A stretch of 49,948 nt of DNA from Candidatus Adlerbacteria bacterium. Lineage in GTDB: Bacteria > Patescibacteriota > Minisyncoccia > Phycocordibacterales > SBAW01. A model generated the notes under the pieces. It searched no databases and had not been told where the DNA came from. It saw only the letters and a program-made list of their open reading frames with translations. Shown piece after piece: positions 24,959 to 32,676 of the stretch. Both the position numbers and the translations under genes were made by a program. Where the stretch lies: the NCBI GenBank assembly GCA_903900775.1, contig CAIUOD010000038.1:1-49948 (forward strand), given 5' to 3'. Every line of letters starts with the position of its first letter. The first letter of the stretch is position 1.

Positions 24959-25654
24959 ATGGAACCCAAAATTATTTTTGAAGACGCACAGATGCTGGTG
25001 CTCGACAAGCCTGCCGGGCTCATGGTCCACCCGGCTCTGCATCACGCCCCCGAGCCGACGCTGGAGGATTGGCTGAAAGAAAAATATCCAGCGCAAGGTG
25101 ATGTTCCGGGTTTTTATCTCGTGCATCGTCTGGACGCTGACACCTCGGGGGTTATTGCGGTCGCGCGCACGGAGGCGGCGTTCGCGTATCTCAAGGCGCA
25201 GTTTAAAAATCGCGAGACGCGCAAGACCTACTGCGCGTTTCTCTATGGCGCGCTCAAGGATGATAGGGGAGTGATTGATAAACCCATTGGGAGCGCGCGC
25301 GGCGGCTTGGGGCCGCGCTCAGCGAAGCGGCCGTATGGCCGCGAGCGCGATGCGGTGACGCTCTATCGGGTCATTAAGCGCGGCTCGGCCGACTCGGACA
25401 ACAAAGCCTCGTACGTCGAAGTCTTCCCTAAAACCGGCCGCACGCATCAGATCCGCGTGCATTTTTCTTCGATTGATCACCCGGTCGTCTGTGACAAACT
25501 TTATGCCCACGGCCGCCCCGCGCTCTTGGGGTTTGAGCGCCTTGCCCTGCATGCCTTTTCTCTGACGCTGAAGCATCCCATCAGTAAAAAAGAAATGACC
25601 TTTGAGGCGCCCTTACCCCCAGATTTTCTTGAAGCCGAGAGAAATCTTAAATAA
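24959..25654 (+). CDS. RluA-family pseudouridine synthase (no S4 domain)
   Basis: VLDKPAGLMVHP, catalytic HRLDADTSGVI, and KTYCAFLYG. The ATG at 24959 lies 4 nt after tRNA-Val. Confidence 0.85.
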   Translation: MEPKIIFEDAQMLVLDKPAGLMVHPALHHAPEPTLEDWLKEKYPAQGDVPGFYLVHRLDADTSGVIAVARTEAAFAYLKAQFKNRETRKTYCAFLYGALKDDRGVIDKPIGSARGGLGPRSAKRPYGRERDAVTLYRVIKRGSADSDNKASYVEVFPKTGRTHQIRVHFSSIDHPVVCDKLYAHGRPALLGFERLALHAFSLTLKHPISKKEMTFEAPLPPDFLEAERNLK

Positions 25655-25658
25655 CGTC

Positions 25659-25732
25659 GCCGCAACTCGCTTCCCAAATTTCCTCGGGCCGGCCTAATCG
25701 GCCTTCCAGAAATTTGTCTAGCGAGTTGCGGC
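25659..25732 (+). promoter_or_regulatory. long imperfect hairpin between rluA-like and rplS (terminator and/or rplS leader)
   Basis: 13-bp outer stem gccgcaactcgct (25659-25671) / agcgagttgcggc (25720-25732). The inner pairing is caaatttc / gaaatttg, and the tip is GC-rich. Confidence 0.35.
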
Positions 25733-25744
25733 TCGGTGCCTAAT

Positions 25745-26260
25745 ATGCTAAAGTTTGCCGACATGAAATCCGCCGTCACTATATCGCCAATCAACATGAA
25801 GGAACGCGCCGGGCTTGATTTGCGCGCCGGTGATACCGTGCGCGTCTGGCAGAAAATTGAAGAAATTAAGCAGGGCAAGGCCGCCAACAAAAAGCAGGTC
25901 GTCACGCGCAATGTCCGCAAGCAAGCTTTTGAGGGGCTCATTTTGGCCGTCAAACATGGCACCGAGGCAGGCGCAACCTTCACCGTGCGGCGTGTCGCCA
26001 GCGGGGTGGGGGTTGAGAAGATTCTTCCGCTCTATTCGCCGACTATTGAATCGATCGAGGTGCTCCGCCGCGCGCGCACCCGCCGCGCCAAACTCTACTT
26101 CATCCGCGAGAAGGCCTCGCGCGATGCCAAGCGTGCTATGCGCAAGCAGGTTGCTCTCACCCCTAAGGCCGCTGAGGCCGAGACAGTTGAAGAAGAGATT
26201 GTGGATGCCGCCCCTGAAGTCACTGAAGAAGTTTCTGAGTCGCCAGAGGTTGCTGCGTAG
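25745..26260 (+). CDS. rplS: 50S ribosomal protein L19 with internal insertion and acidic C-terminal tail
   Basis: ..RAGDTVRVWQKI.., ..QAFEGLILAVKHG..ATFTVRRVASGVGVEKILPLYSPTIESIEV..RRAKLYFIRE.. The start is uncertain (GTG 25736, ATG 25745 or ATG 25763). Confidence 0.85.
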   Translation: MLKFADMKSAVTISPINMKERAGLDLRAGDTVRVWQKIEEIKQGKAANKKQVVTRNVRKQAFEGLILAVKHGTEAGATFTVRRVASGVGVEKILPLYSPTIESIEVLRRARTRRAKLYFIREKASRDAKRAMRKQVALTPKAAEAETVEEEIVDAAPEVTEEVSESPEVAA

Positions 26261-26296
26261 CTTCGCTTGGCGTATCGTAGGGAGGTTCGCACCCAT

Positions 26297-26378
26297 GCCC
26301 GGGTGGTGAAATTGGTATACACGTATCCTTGAGGTGGATATGCCGAAAGGTGTGGAGGTTCAAGTCCTCTCCCGGGCA
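26297..26378 (+). tRNA. tRNA-Leu (anticodon GAG)
   Basis: gcccggg...tatcc-ttGAGgt-ggata, a 13-nt variable arm, then ggagg-ttcaagt-cctct-cccgggc-a. 82 nt. Confidence 0.9.
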
Positions 26379-26512
26379 CAGATTTAGTAGAATTAGTTTA
26401 AATATTTTTTATCCCCGCTTCGCAAAGAAAGAGGGGATTGTAGGCGTGCTAGAGTTGAGGTGTTATTTGGGTGCGTATTAAAAATGTTTTGTAATAACCA
26501 CATTTAATAATT

Positions 26513-27385
26513 ATGTTTTCTCCTAAAAAACTCGCTGGTCTCCTTGTTACCGTTTTTTTATTTGGGTTTGCACTCGCTCCCGCGGTACAAGCCTCGGGTC
26601 TCTCGTCTACCCAAATCTCCGCTGTCCTTTCTCTGCTTCAGTCTTTTGGTGCCGACCAAGTCACCATTAACAATGTTTCTGTCGCATTGGGCGGCAACTC
26701 AAACACTCATGCATGTGCAGCTATAACGCATAATTTTGGAATAGGTGCGACCGATGCCAGTGTGGGCGGCGACTTATCCCGACTCATAACTTTCTTAGAT
26801 AAAGCAAACTATTTTGGTGACGCGCGTATCGACGGTACTTTTAATGAGCAGACAAGCGCTTCGCTGCGTTCTTGGCAAAAGAGCGTTGGTTTGGATGGTG
26901 TGGGTGTTGTGGGGCCAAAAACACGCGCGGCGATTGATAAAGCTTGCAACTCTGTGTCGCCGACTCCCGCGACACAACTACGTGCAAAGAGTGATATGCC
27001 TAGTGTAACGTACTCGTATAGAACCGGTCCGGGTGACGCTACATATGCCACCACGACGGAATCTGCTTTTGGTGAAGGTGTGGTCGTTGATCCAACCAAG
27101 GAGCGAGCGCCAACTAGTGTGGCTCAACAGGGTAACACCATATTACGGATGCTCTATGTTGATAAAGCGCTAGTCAACAAATCAGGCGGCTCTTATCCAG
27201 CCGTGAGTGATGCTATGTTTGAGGGCGGAACGGTGTACTTGTGGTGTACCTATGCGCCGGCCAAGGCAGTCGGTGTTCATGTGATACTCCCGGCGAACCT
27301 GATAATGGCCTGTAATCCTGGTGCCGAAGCACTCATCACTCGTGACGGTAAAGATATACCGCTATCCAACTGGGCAGCAAATTAA
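26513..27385 (+). CDS. secreted protein with peptidoglycan-binding (PG_binding_1-like) domain
   Basis: Signal peptide ..LFGFALAPAVQASG. PGB-like ..IDGTFNEQTSASLRSWQKSVGLDGVGVVGPKTRAAI.. The C-terminal half is of unknown family. Confidence 0.6.
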   Translation: MFSPKKLAGLLVTVFLFGFALAPAVQASGLSSTQISAVLSLLQSFGADQVTINNVSVALGGNSNTHACAAITHNFGIGATDASVGGDLSRLITFLDKANYFGDARIDGTFNEQTSASLRSWQKSVGLDGVGVVGPKTRAAIDKACNSVSPTPATQLRAKSDMPSVTYSYRTGPGDATYATTTESAFGEGVVVDPTKERAPTSVAQQGNTILRMLYVDKALVNKSGGSYPAVSDAMFEGGTVYLWCTYAPAKAVGVHVILPANLIMACNPGAEALITRDGKDIPLSNWAAN

Positions 27386-27404
27386 CGCGACTACCCCTCT
27401 GGTG

Positions 27405-28850
27405 CTAGAGTTTAATTTGGCGGTAGTGGGGCAGGGCACATGAGGTACAGGCGGTCTCAATGGCGGTGTTTGCGGATTGATCAAACCAGTCGGCGAGATT
27501 TTTGGTGTCGCTGGTGTAGTCGTCTGAGTCGAGTACTACCACGGCAATGCGCCGCTTTTGGCCGTTGATGGGGGTCGAAAATACCGAGACCATGGTGTCT
27601 TGGGCAGGTGTCGTGTGGCCCACCTTGCCGCCAACAAACGAACGTACGTCGGAGAATTTATTGAAGTTGGCGAAGGTGTAGCTCGAGCCGTCGCTCGCGG
27701 TAATCGTTTTATTCGGCGTGCGAGTGATATTCCATACGAACGATTTTTTGTTCGCCAGATATACCGCGAGGCGATACAGATCTTCGGGAGTCGAGACATT
27801 GTCGGGCGAGACACCGCTGGCGTCGGCAAACGTGGTCGAGGCCATGTCGAGTGCTTTAGCTTGCCGATTCATCCAACCAACAAATGCGCTGGTGCCGTAA
27901 TACGCAGCCAGCGTGTCGGCAATGTTATTGTTCGATTCCATGAGGAGCGGATAGAGCAAGTCGCCGATAACGAACGTCTCGGGAGTGGTGTCGCTCTCAA
28001 CCGCGAGGTCTTGGAGTTCGCCGCGCGGCACGGTCACCTTATGGTCGAACATGATAGTTTCGTTGGCGACGAGTGCGGTCATCAGTTTAGTGACCGAGGC
28101 GATGGGGCGCCCCACTGCGGCATTTTTTTCGGCATACACATCCCCAGTATCTACATCGGCAACTAAGTACGATGCGGCGGATATTTTTGGTATAGGGATA
28201 CTCCCGAGCGCCAACGATGGTGCCGAGGTCGCGGCGCCTGTGTCATAGACGAAAACACCCGTGCCCTTGTCGGCAAAATCATATACTTTTTCAGCATCAT
28301 TTGTGTTGAGCCGGATACAACCACCTGAGTAGGTCGAGGCAACCGGCGTGCCATCGGTATAGGTCGGCCAGCCATGAATAAAATAATTCCCATAAAACTC
28401 CATGCTGTAGGGCATGTTAACCTTTTCTCCAGCGTTAAAATGATTTGCTTCTTTATAGAGCACGTTATAAAAACCGCTCGGTGTCTCGTAGGGTGTGCCC
28501 GGCTTGCCTTTAGTGAGGATAGGATAGTCAGCGGTGCTCACACCGTCCTGATACAGAGAGAGCTTCATAATGGTCAAGTCGGCGACAATAAATTTCCCTT
28601 GGGCGGGCACCGCGTCGGAGATAGTTATAGCGTTAAGAACGCGCTCGGGTGTTGTGCTCGAGAGCGCCACGGCGGCGGCAAGCGGTGCGGCTTCTACTAC
28701 GGCTACCGTTGCGGGAGCTGGCTTAGTAAATTGTGAGAGGGCATAGGCAAGTCCAAAGTGCCCGATGCTGCCGATGGTGAAACATAGGGCGAATATTTTA
28801 AGAAAAAAATAACACCCCTCCCAATCAAATGAGTGATCAGCGCTTCTCAT
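27405..28850 (-). CDS. fusion protein: L,D-transpeptidase (YkuD) domain + D-alanyl-D-alanine carboxypeptidase (S11, PBP5-like) domain
   Basis: N-terminal TM. YkuD signature ..FIHGWPTYTDGTPVASTYSGGCIRL.. (about 28236-28598). S11 motifs SVTK (SxxK), ESNNN (SxN) and GKVGHT (KTG variant) follow (about 27441-28178). Confidence 0.8.
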   Translation of the reverse strand: MRSADHSFDWEGCYFFLKIFALCFTIGSIGHFGLAYALSQFTKPAPATVAVVEAAPLAAAVALSSTTPERVLNAITISDAVPAQGKFIVADLTIMKLSLYQDGVSTADYPILTKGKPGTPYETPSGFYNVLYKEANHFNAGEKVNMPYSMEFYGNYFIHGWPTYTDGTPVASTYSGGCIRLNTNDAEKVYDFADKGTGVFVYDTGAATSAPSLALGSIPIPKISAASYLVADVDTGDVYAEKNAAVGRPIASVTKLMTALVANETIMFDHKVTVPRGELQDLAVESDTTPETFVIGDLLYPLLMESNNNIADTLAAYYGTSAFVGWMNRQAKALDMASTTFADASGVSPDNVSTPEDLYRLAVYLANKKSFVWNITRTPNKTITASDGSSYTFANFNKFSDVRSFVGGKVGHTTPAQDTMVSVFSTPINGQKRRIAVVVLDSDDYTSDTKNLADWFDQSANTAIETACTSCALPHYRQIKL

Positions 28851-28872
28851 GTGTTTATTCTAGCTTATACTA

Positions 28873-29925
28873 TTGGGCATGAACCGAATATTTTTAGGGC
28901 TGCTTATTTTTACTCCGATAGCGCTCGCGGCGGCGTATTTTAAACTCGCGCCCACGACCGTTTTCTTTCTCTGTGCGCTGGCAATCGTGCCACTGGCAAA
29001 ATATATTGGCGAGTCGTCCGAAGAACTTGCTTCGCGCACCAGCCCCGCATTGGGCGGCCTTCTGAACGCAACCTTCGGCAATGCCACTGAGCTCATCATT
29101 GGTATTTTTGCCCTGCGCGCGGGGCTCATCGAGGTGGTCAAAGCCTCCATCACGGGTTCAATCATCGGCAATCTTCTTTTGGTGGTCGGCTGTGCAATGC
29201 TCTTCGGCGGGATCAAACAAAAAAAGCAAGTCTTCAACCGCACTGCGGTCTTGGCCAGCGGCTCGACGCTTTTTATCGCCGCGATAGCACTCGTCATCCC
29301 GGCCATTTTTTTGCAGAGTATGCCGATGGTAGGCAGTGGCGTCGTTGAACACTTAAGCGTGTTAGTCTCCATCGCGCTCCTTCTAGTCTACGCGGCAACG
29401 CTCCTCTTCTCGCTCAATACGCACAAACATCTCTATACCGAAGAGGTAGGGAAGCTTGAACCGCGCTGGAGCGTCCCGAAGAGCGTCCTCATCCTGCTTG
29501 GCGCGACACTCGCGGTGGCGATCATGAGCGAAATCCTGGTTGCTTCGATAACGCCCTTGGTTGAGAGTTTTGGTTGGTCGCAGATGTTCGTGGGCGTTAT
29601 CTTCTTGGCGATTATCGGCAACGTCGCTGAGCACTCCTCGGCGGTCACCGTGGCGGTGAAGAATCGCATGGATCTCTCACTCCAGATCTCGATCGGCTCG
29701 GCGACCCAAATCGCGCTCGTGGTAGCGCCGCTCCTCGTGCTCGCGAGCTTGCTCCTGCCTCACGCCATGAATCTTATCTTCGACCCGTTCGAGCTCGTCG
29801 CCATCGTACTCTCGGTCCTCATGGTCAATCTCATCGTGCAAGATGGCGAGAGCAATTGGCTCGAGGGCGTCCAACTCCTGGCCGCCTACGCAATTATGGC
29901 GGTGGCGTTTTTCTTCCATCCGTAG
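28873..29925 (+). CDS. Ca2+/H+ antiporter (CaCA family, ChaA/CAX type)
   Basis: About 11 TM helices with the two alpha-repeat signatures GNATELIIGIFAL and GNVAEHSSAVTVA. Confidence 0.85.
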   Translation: MGMNRIFLGLLIFTPIALAAAYFKLAPTTVFFLCALAIVPLAKYIGESSEELASRTSPALGGLLNATFGNATELIIGIFALRAGLIEVVKASITGSIIGNLLLVVGCAMLFGGIKQKKQVFNRTAVLASGSTLFIAAIALVIPAIFLQSMPMVGSGVVEHLSVLVSIALLLVYAATLLFSLNTHKHLYTEEVGKLEPRWSVPKSVLILLGATLAVAIMSEILVASITPLVESFGWSQMFVGVIFLAIIGNVAEHSSAVTVAVKNRMDLSLQISIGSATQIALVVAPLLVLASLLLPHAMNLIFDPFELVAIVLSVLMVNLIVQDGESNWLEGVQLLAAYAIMAVAFFFHP

Positions 29926-30140
29926 GTTGTCTAACGGTCTTCTATCGCAGTGTTCTGGAGCGGAATCACGTTCCTGCAATATGTAAGCGTTGCAAGATTA
30001 GTGATAAGCGGTTGCTCGCGGTACACCACATAGATCAGAATCGAAAAAATAATATAGTTAAAAATCTCACGCGGCTCTGTCATAATTGCCACCACCTCGT
30101 TCATCGATATCCGGACGAGCGAAAGAAAATACGTTTTTGA
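29856..30140 (+). CDS. small HNH endonuclease, possibly a 5'-truncated remnant
   Basis: Complete HNH core CKRCK..LAVHHIDQNRKNN..NLTRLCHNCHHLVH. The only in-frame start is a TTG at 29856, which overlaps the cax 3' end by 70 nt. No ATG/GTG/TTG lies between the cax stop and the core. Low-GC patch. Confidence 0.45.
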   Translation: MARGRPTPGRLRNYGGGVFLPSVGCLTVFYRSVLERNHVPAICKRCKISDKRLLAVHHIDQNRKNNIVKNLTRLCHNCHHLVHRYPDERKKIRF

Positions 30141-30174
30141 GTTAATATGTGGTATAAAAACAGCGTTCATTCAT

Positions 30175-30250
30175 GGTGGTCGTAGCTCAACGGTAGAGCC
30201 CTGGTTTGTGGTACCAGTTGTTGTGGGTTCGAATCCCATCGACCACCCCA
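30175..30250 (+). tRNA. tRNA-His (anticodon GTG) with encoded G-1 and CCA
   Basis: g(-1)-gtggtcg-ta-gctc-aacggta-gagc-c-ctggt-ttGTGgt-accag-ttgtt-gtggg-ttcgaat-cccat-cgaccac-c-cca. Confidence 0.9.
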
Positions 30251-30273
30251 AAATAAGAAGCAAGCTGACAAAG

Positions 30274-30309
30274 AAAAACCGCCGGATCATCCGGCGGTTT
30301 TTCTTTTTG
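30274..30309. terminator. bidirectional rho-independent terminator
   Basis: aaaaa-ccgccgga-tca-tccggcgg-tttttcttttt. An 8-bp GC stem is flanked by A-run and T-run. It lies between tRNA-His (+) and the 30325-30954 gene (-). Confidence 0.75.
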
Positions 30310-30324
30310 CAATCCAGACAGTGG

Positions 30325-30954
30325 TTATATCGTCTGGAAGGTCGCGGGCCAGGTGACGCTCACGTTGCCTGCCTGGTCGGTGGTGTAGACCAAGTAGTAA
30401 TACGTGGTGTGGCCTTGCAAGTTTGAGAGCGCGACGCTCTGCGCGGTGCGGTAGTTGGTGTCGGTCATTACCGTGTTGCCGCTCACATCAACGGAGTTCG
30501 TGCGCTCGTAGAGCGTTAGCGGACTGTTGCTGTAGTAGACGACGCCTTTTGACGCCTGGTCGGTATTCCAATTCACCGTGGCGCTATTTTGGCTGGCGTT
30601 CGTGGTGACGCTCGAGATGGTGGGCGCGGTAGCACCGCTCACGCCGCCATTTCCCATTTGGAGATTGAGGACCGACAGGGTTTGCGGGCCGACGCGGCCA
30701 ACCGAAGCGATACCGTTGAGAGTCTGGAAGTTGGATACCGCGGCCGAGGTAAGGGTGCCGAAGTAGCCCGTGATAAGACCTTGTGGGTAGACATTCGCGT
30801 CGCCCGCGAGGAAGGTCTGGAGTGCGGAGACATCGCTACCCGACATCCCGATATCCAATTGGCGATTGAGTGCGTTAGCAGAAGCAAGAACTGGTGCGGC
30901 GATGATGAGGAGCGATATTACAGAAGCTGCAATAAGACCTGTTTTTTTAGTCAT
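30325..30954 (-). CDS. secreted protein with PG-binding domain + fibronectin type III-like domain
   Basis: Signal/TM ..LIAASVISLLIIAAPVLASA. PGB-like ..GSDVSALQTFLAG..GYFGTLTSAAVSNFQTLNGI..GRVGPQTL.. FN3-like ..TISSVTTNASQNSATVNWNTDQASKGVVYY..TTYYYLVYTTDQAGN.. Confidence 0.6.
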   Translation of the reverse strand: MTKKTGLIAASVISLLIIAAPVLASANALNRQLDIGMSGSDVSALQTFLAGDANVYPQGLITGYFGTLTSAAVSNFQTLNGIASVGRVGPQTLSVLNLQMGNGGVSGATAPTISSVTTNASQNSATVNWNTDQASKGVVYYSNSPLTLYERTNSVDVSGNTVMTDTNYRTAQSVALSNLQGHTTYYYLVYTTDQAGNVSVTWPATFQTI

Positions 30955-31066
30955 AAAGTTATCTAATGTTTACTGGGTGGTTAATGATTGGTTTGGTATA
31001 TCGACCTTTTGAACCCTTACTCTTCTCGAGCCGTGGGTGGGCAAGAACTATTACAGAGGGCGGTGC

Positions 31067-31588
31067 TTACCGCTTCTTTTTAAGCTGATTTATCTCTTTT
31101 TCGAGCTTCTCGATGTGTGCCTCCATTTTCTTGGTTCGCAGAGCTAATCGGGTCTCCACCTGGGCCGCGTGGCCGGCAAGCGTTTCGGCAACCACCATCA
31201 TGTCGGTGACATCCTCCATAGCAAGCAAGATGATGGGCGGGAACATGCCGGAAGCGTCTTCTTTGTAGACACGGCGTGCATTCAGAATCATCACTTTGCG
31301 ACCGATGAGCGGGAATTCGTGCGTAACCTCGAACCCTTTAAAAAAACTGTTTTGGGGGAGAATATCATCGAGTAATTTCCGGAGCGCGGGGATATTCCAC
31401 TGGCCGTTACCTAGCTCGTAGACGCGCTTCCCTTCGGTGTCTTTGAGTTCAACCTGGAATGTCCTATAAAAAGATTCATTAGCGACCATAACCCGCAGTT
31501 CTTTATCAAGAACGAGGAATGGTTCTCGCACCGTGTCCACCACGGTTTTAATGTAGGTCCAACTATCCTCCCATATTTTTTTCTCCAT
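31067..31588 (-). CDS. stand-alone PAS-domain protein with C-terminal coiled coil
   Basis: ..VREPFLVLDKELRVMVANESFYRTFQV..GKRVYELGNGQWNIPALRKLLDDIL.. is a PAS pattern of the type seen in CheB/CheR-linked sensors. The tail ..HIEKLEKEINQLKKKR follows. Confidence 0.65.
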   Translation of the reverse strand: MEKKIWEDSWTYIKTVVDTVREPFLVLDKELRVMVANESFYRTFQVELKDTEGKRVYELGNGQWNIPALRKLLDDILPQNSFFKGFEVTHEFPLIGRKVMILNARRVYKEDASGMFPPIILLAMEDVTDMMVVAETLAGHAAQVETRLALRTKKMEAHIEKLEKEINQLKKKR

Positions 31589-31680
31589 GTTTGCTATGCC
31601 GAAGTGAGCGCTCCGGTATTACACCTAATTCGCTCTACAGTCAAAACACAGGTTGATGTGATATGCCTTAATTTGACTTT

Positions 31681-32214
31681 ATGACCGCAGAGCAAACAAA
31701 AAGAGGGGAGCAGATGGATGCGGATATGAGCGTGGCCTACCATGATTACAAGGGAGGCTTGAGCACCCGGTCATTTTTTAAAGTGCACAATCGTGAGTTG
31801 AGTGAGGATTTAGTGCAAGATACTTTTATGAAAACCTGGAGCTATCTGGTGCGTGGCGGGAAAATTGATGTAATGAAAGCGTTTCTCTACCATACGCTCA
31901 ATTGTCTTATTATCGACGAGTATCGCCGGCATAAGACCGTTTCGCTCGAGGCGTTGCTCGACAAAGGGTTTGAGCCGAGCGGCGACACTCCCGAACATTT
32001 ACTCAATGTGCTTGATGGCAAAGCGGCGATGATCCTCATTGAGCGCCTCCCCGAGAAATATCAACGGGTCATGCGCATGCGCTATACGCAGGGCCTCTCG
32101 CTTGAGGAGATGTCGCTCCTGACCGGGCAGACAAAAAACGCCTTAGCGGTGCAGGTGCACCGCGGGCTCGCCCAGCTTCGGGTGCTGTACGGGCACACGC
32201 AAGGGAGGCTGTAA
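31681..32214 (+). CDS. ECF-type RNA polymerase sigma-70 family factor
   Basis: Region 2 ..EDLVQDTFMKTWSYL..LYHTLNCLIIDEYRR.. and region 4 ..RVMRMRYTQGLSLEEMSLLTGQTKNALAVQVHRGLAQLR. Confidence 0.8.
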   Translation: MTAEQTKRGEQMDADMSVAYHDYKGGLSTRSFFKVHNRELSEDLVQDTFMKTWSYLVRGGKIDVMKAFLYHTLNCLIIDEYRRHKTVSLEALLDKGFEPSGDTPEHLLNVLDGKAAMILIERLPEKYQRVMRMRYTQGLSLEEMSLLTGQTKNALAVQVHRGLAQLRVLYGHTQGRL

Positions 32215-32244
32215 CATTGCGCGCGCCGCAGTATACTGCCACAC

Positions 32245-32667
32245 ATGGCAAGCGCGAGGAGAAGATTTAAAGCGGGGGAATATGAACTGCGGGTGGGCAA
32301 ATCGTCCGCCGGTCGAGGCCTCTTTGTTGAGGAGCCGATAAAAAATGGCGCCTGCATTATCGAATATATCGGCCGGCCGGCCACGACGCTCCAACAAAAA
32401 AAGAATACGGGGAAGTATTTGTTTTGGACCAGCGACTCGAGCATGATTGATGGCTACATTCACGCCAATAAAGCGCGGTTTATTAATCATAGTTGCCGGC
32501 CCAACTGTGAGATTGACCTCAAGAATAGACGCATTTTTGTTTTCGCAAAAAAGAATATTAAAGTTGGCGAAGAACTTTCCTATGATTACGGGCCGGAATA
32601 TTTTAACCTCCATTTTTCTGGCGGGCGCTGTCGGTGTGAGAAGTGTCTGTCATCCAAGCGGATATAA
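32245..32667 (+). CDS. minimal SET-domain protein-lysine methyltransferase (140 aa)
   Basis: GRGLFVEEPIKNGACIIEYIG (N-SET GxG block), ARFINHSCRPNC (RFINHSCxPN), GEELSYDYG (ELxYDY) and the terminal Cys cluster CRCEKC (post-SET-like). Confidence 0.85.
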   Translation: MASARRRFKAGEYELRVGKSSAGRGLFVEEPIKNGACIIEYIGRPATTLQQKKNTGKYLFWTSDSSMIDGYIHANKARFINHSCRPNCEIDLKNRRIFVFAKKNIKVGEELSYDYGPEYFNLHFSGGRCRCEKCLSSKRI

Positions 32668-32676
32668 TCAGAAGAT

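Noticed and set aside
25748-26309. ORFs 25748-26296 (-) and 25815-26309 (+)
   Set aside because: They are shadows of rplS. The plus-strand one also runs into tRNA-Leu.
16116-30250. Mixed CCA encoding among tRNAs (Arg-CCG, Arg-GCG and His encode CCA; the other five do not), and C1-G72 in tRNA-Lys
   Set aside because: Real, but heterogeneous CCA encoding is common in bacteria possessing a CCA-adding enzyme. It is not informative on its own.
23717-30310. Classical integrative mobile element at the tRNA genes
   Set aside because: No integrase, transposase, or direct repeat of a tRNA 3' end could be found. Only the small HNH genes and low GC hint at past mobility.
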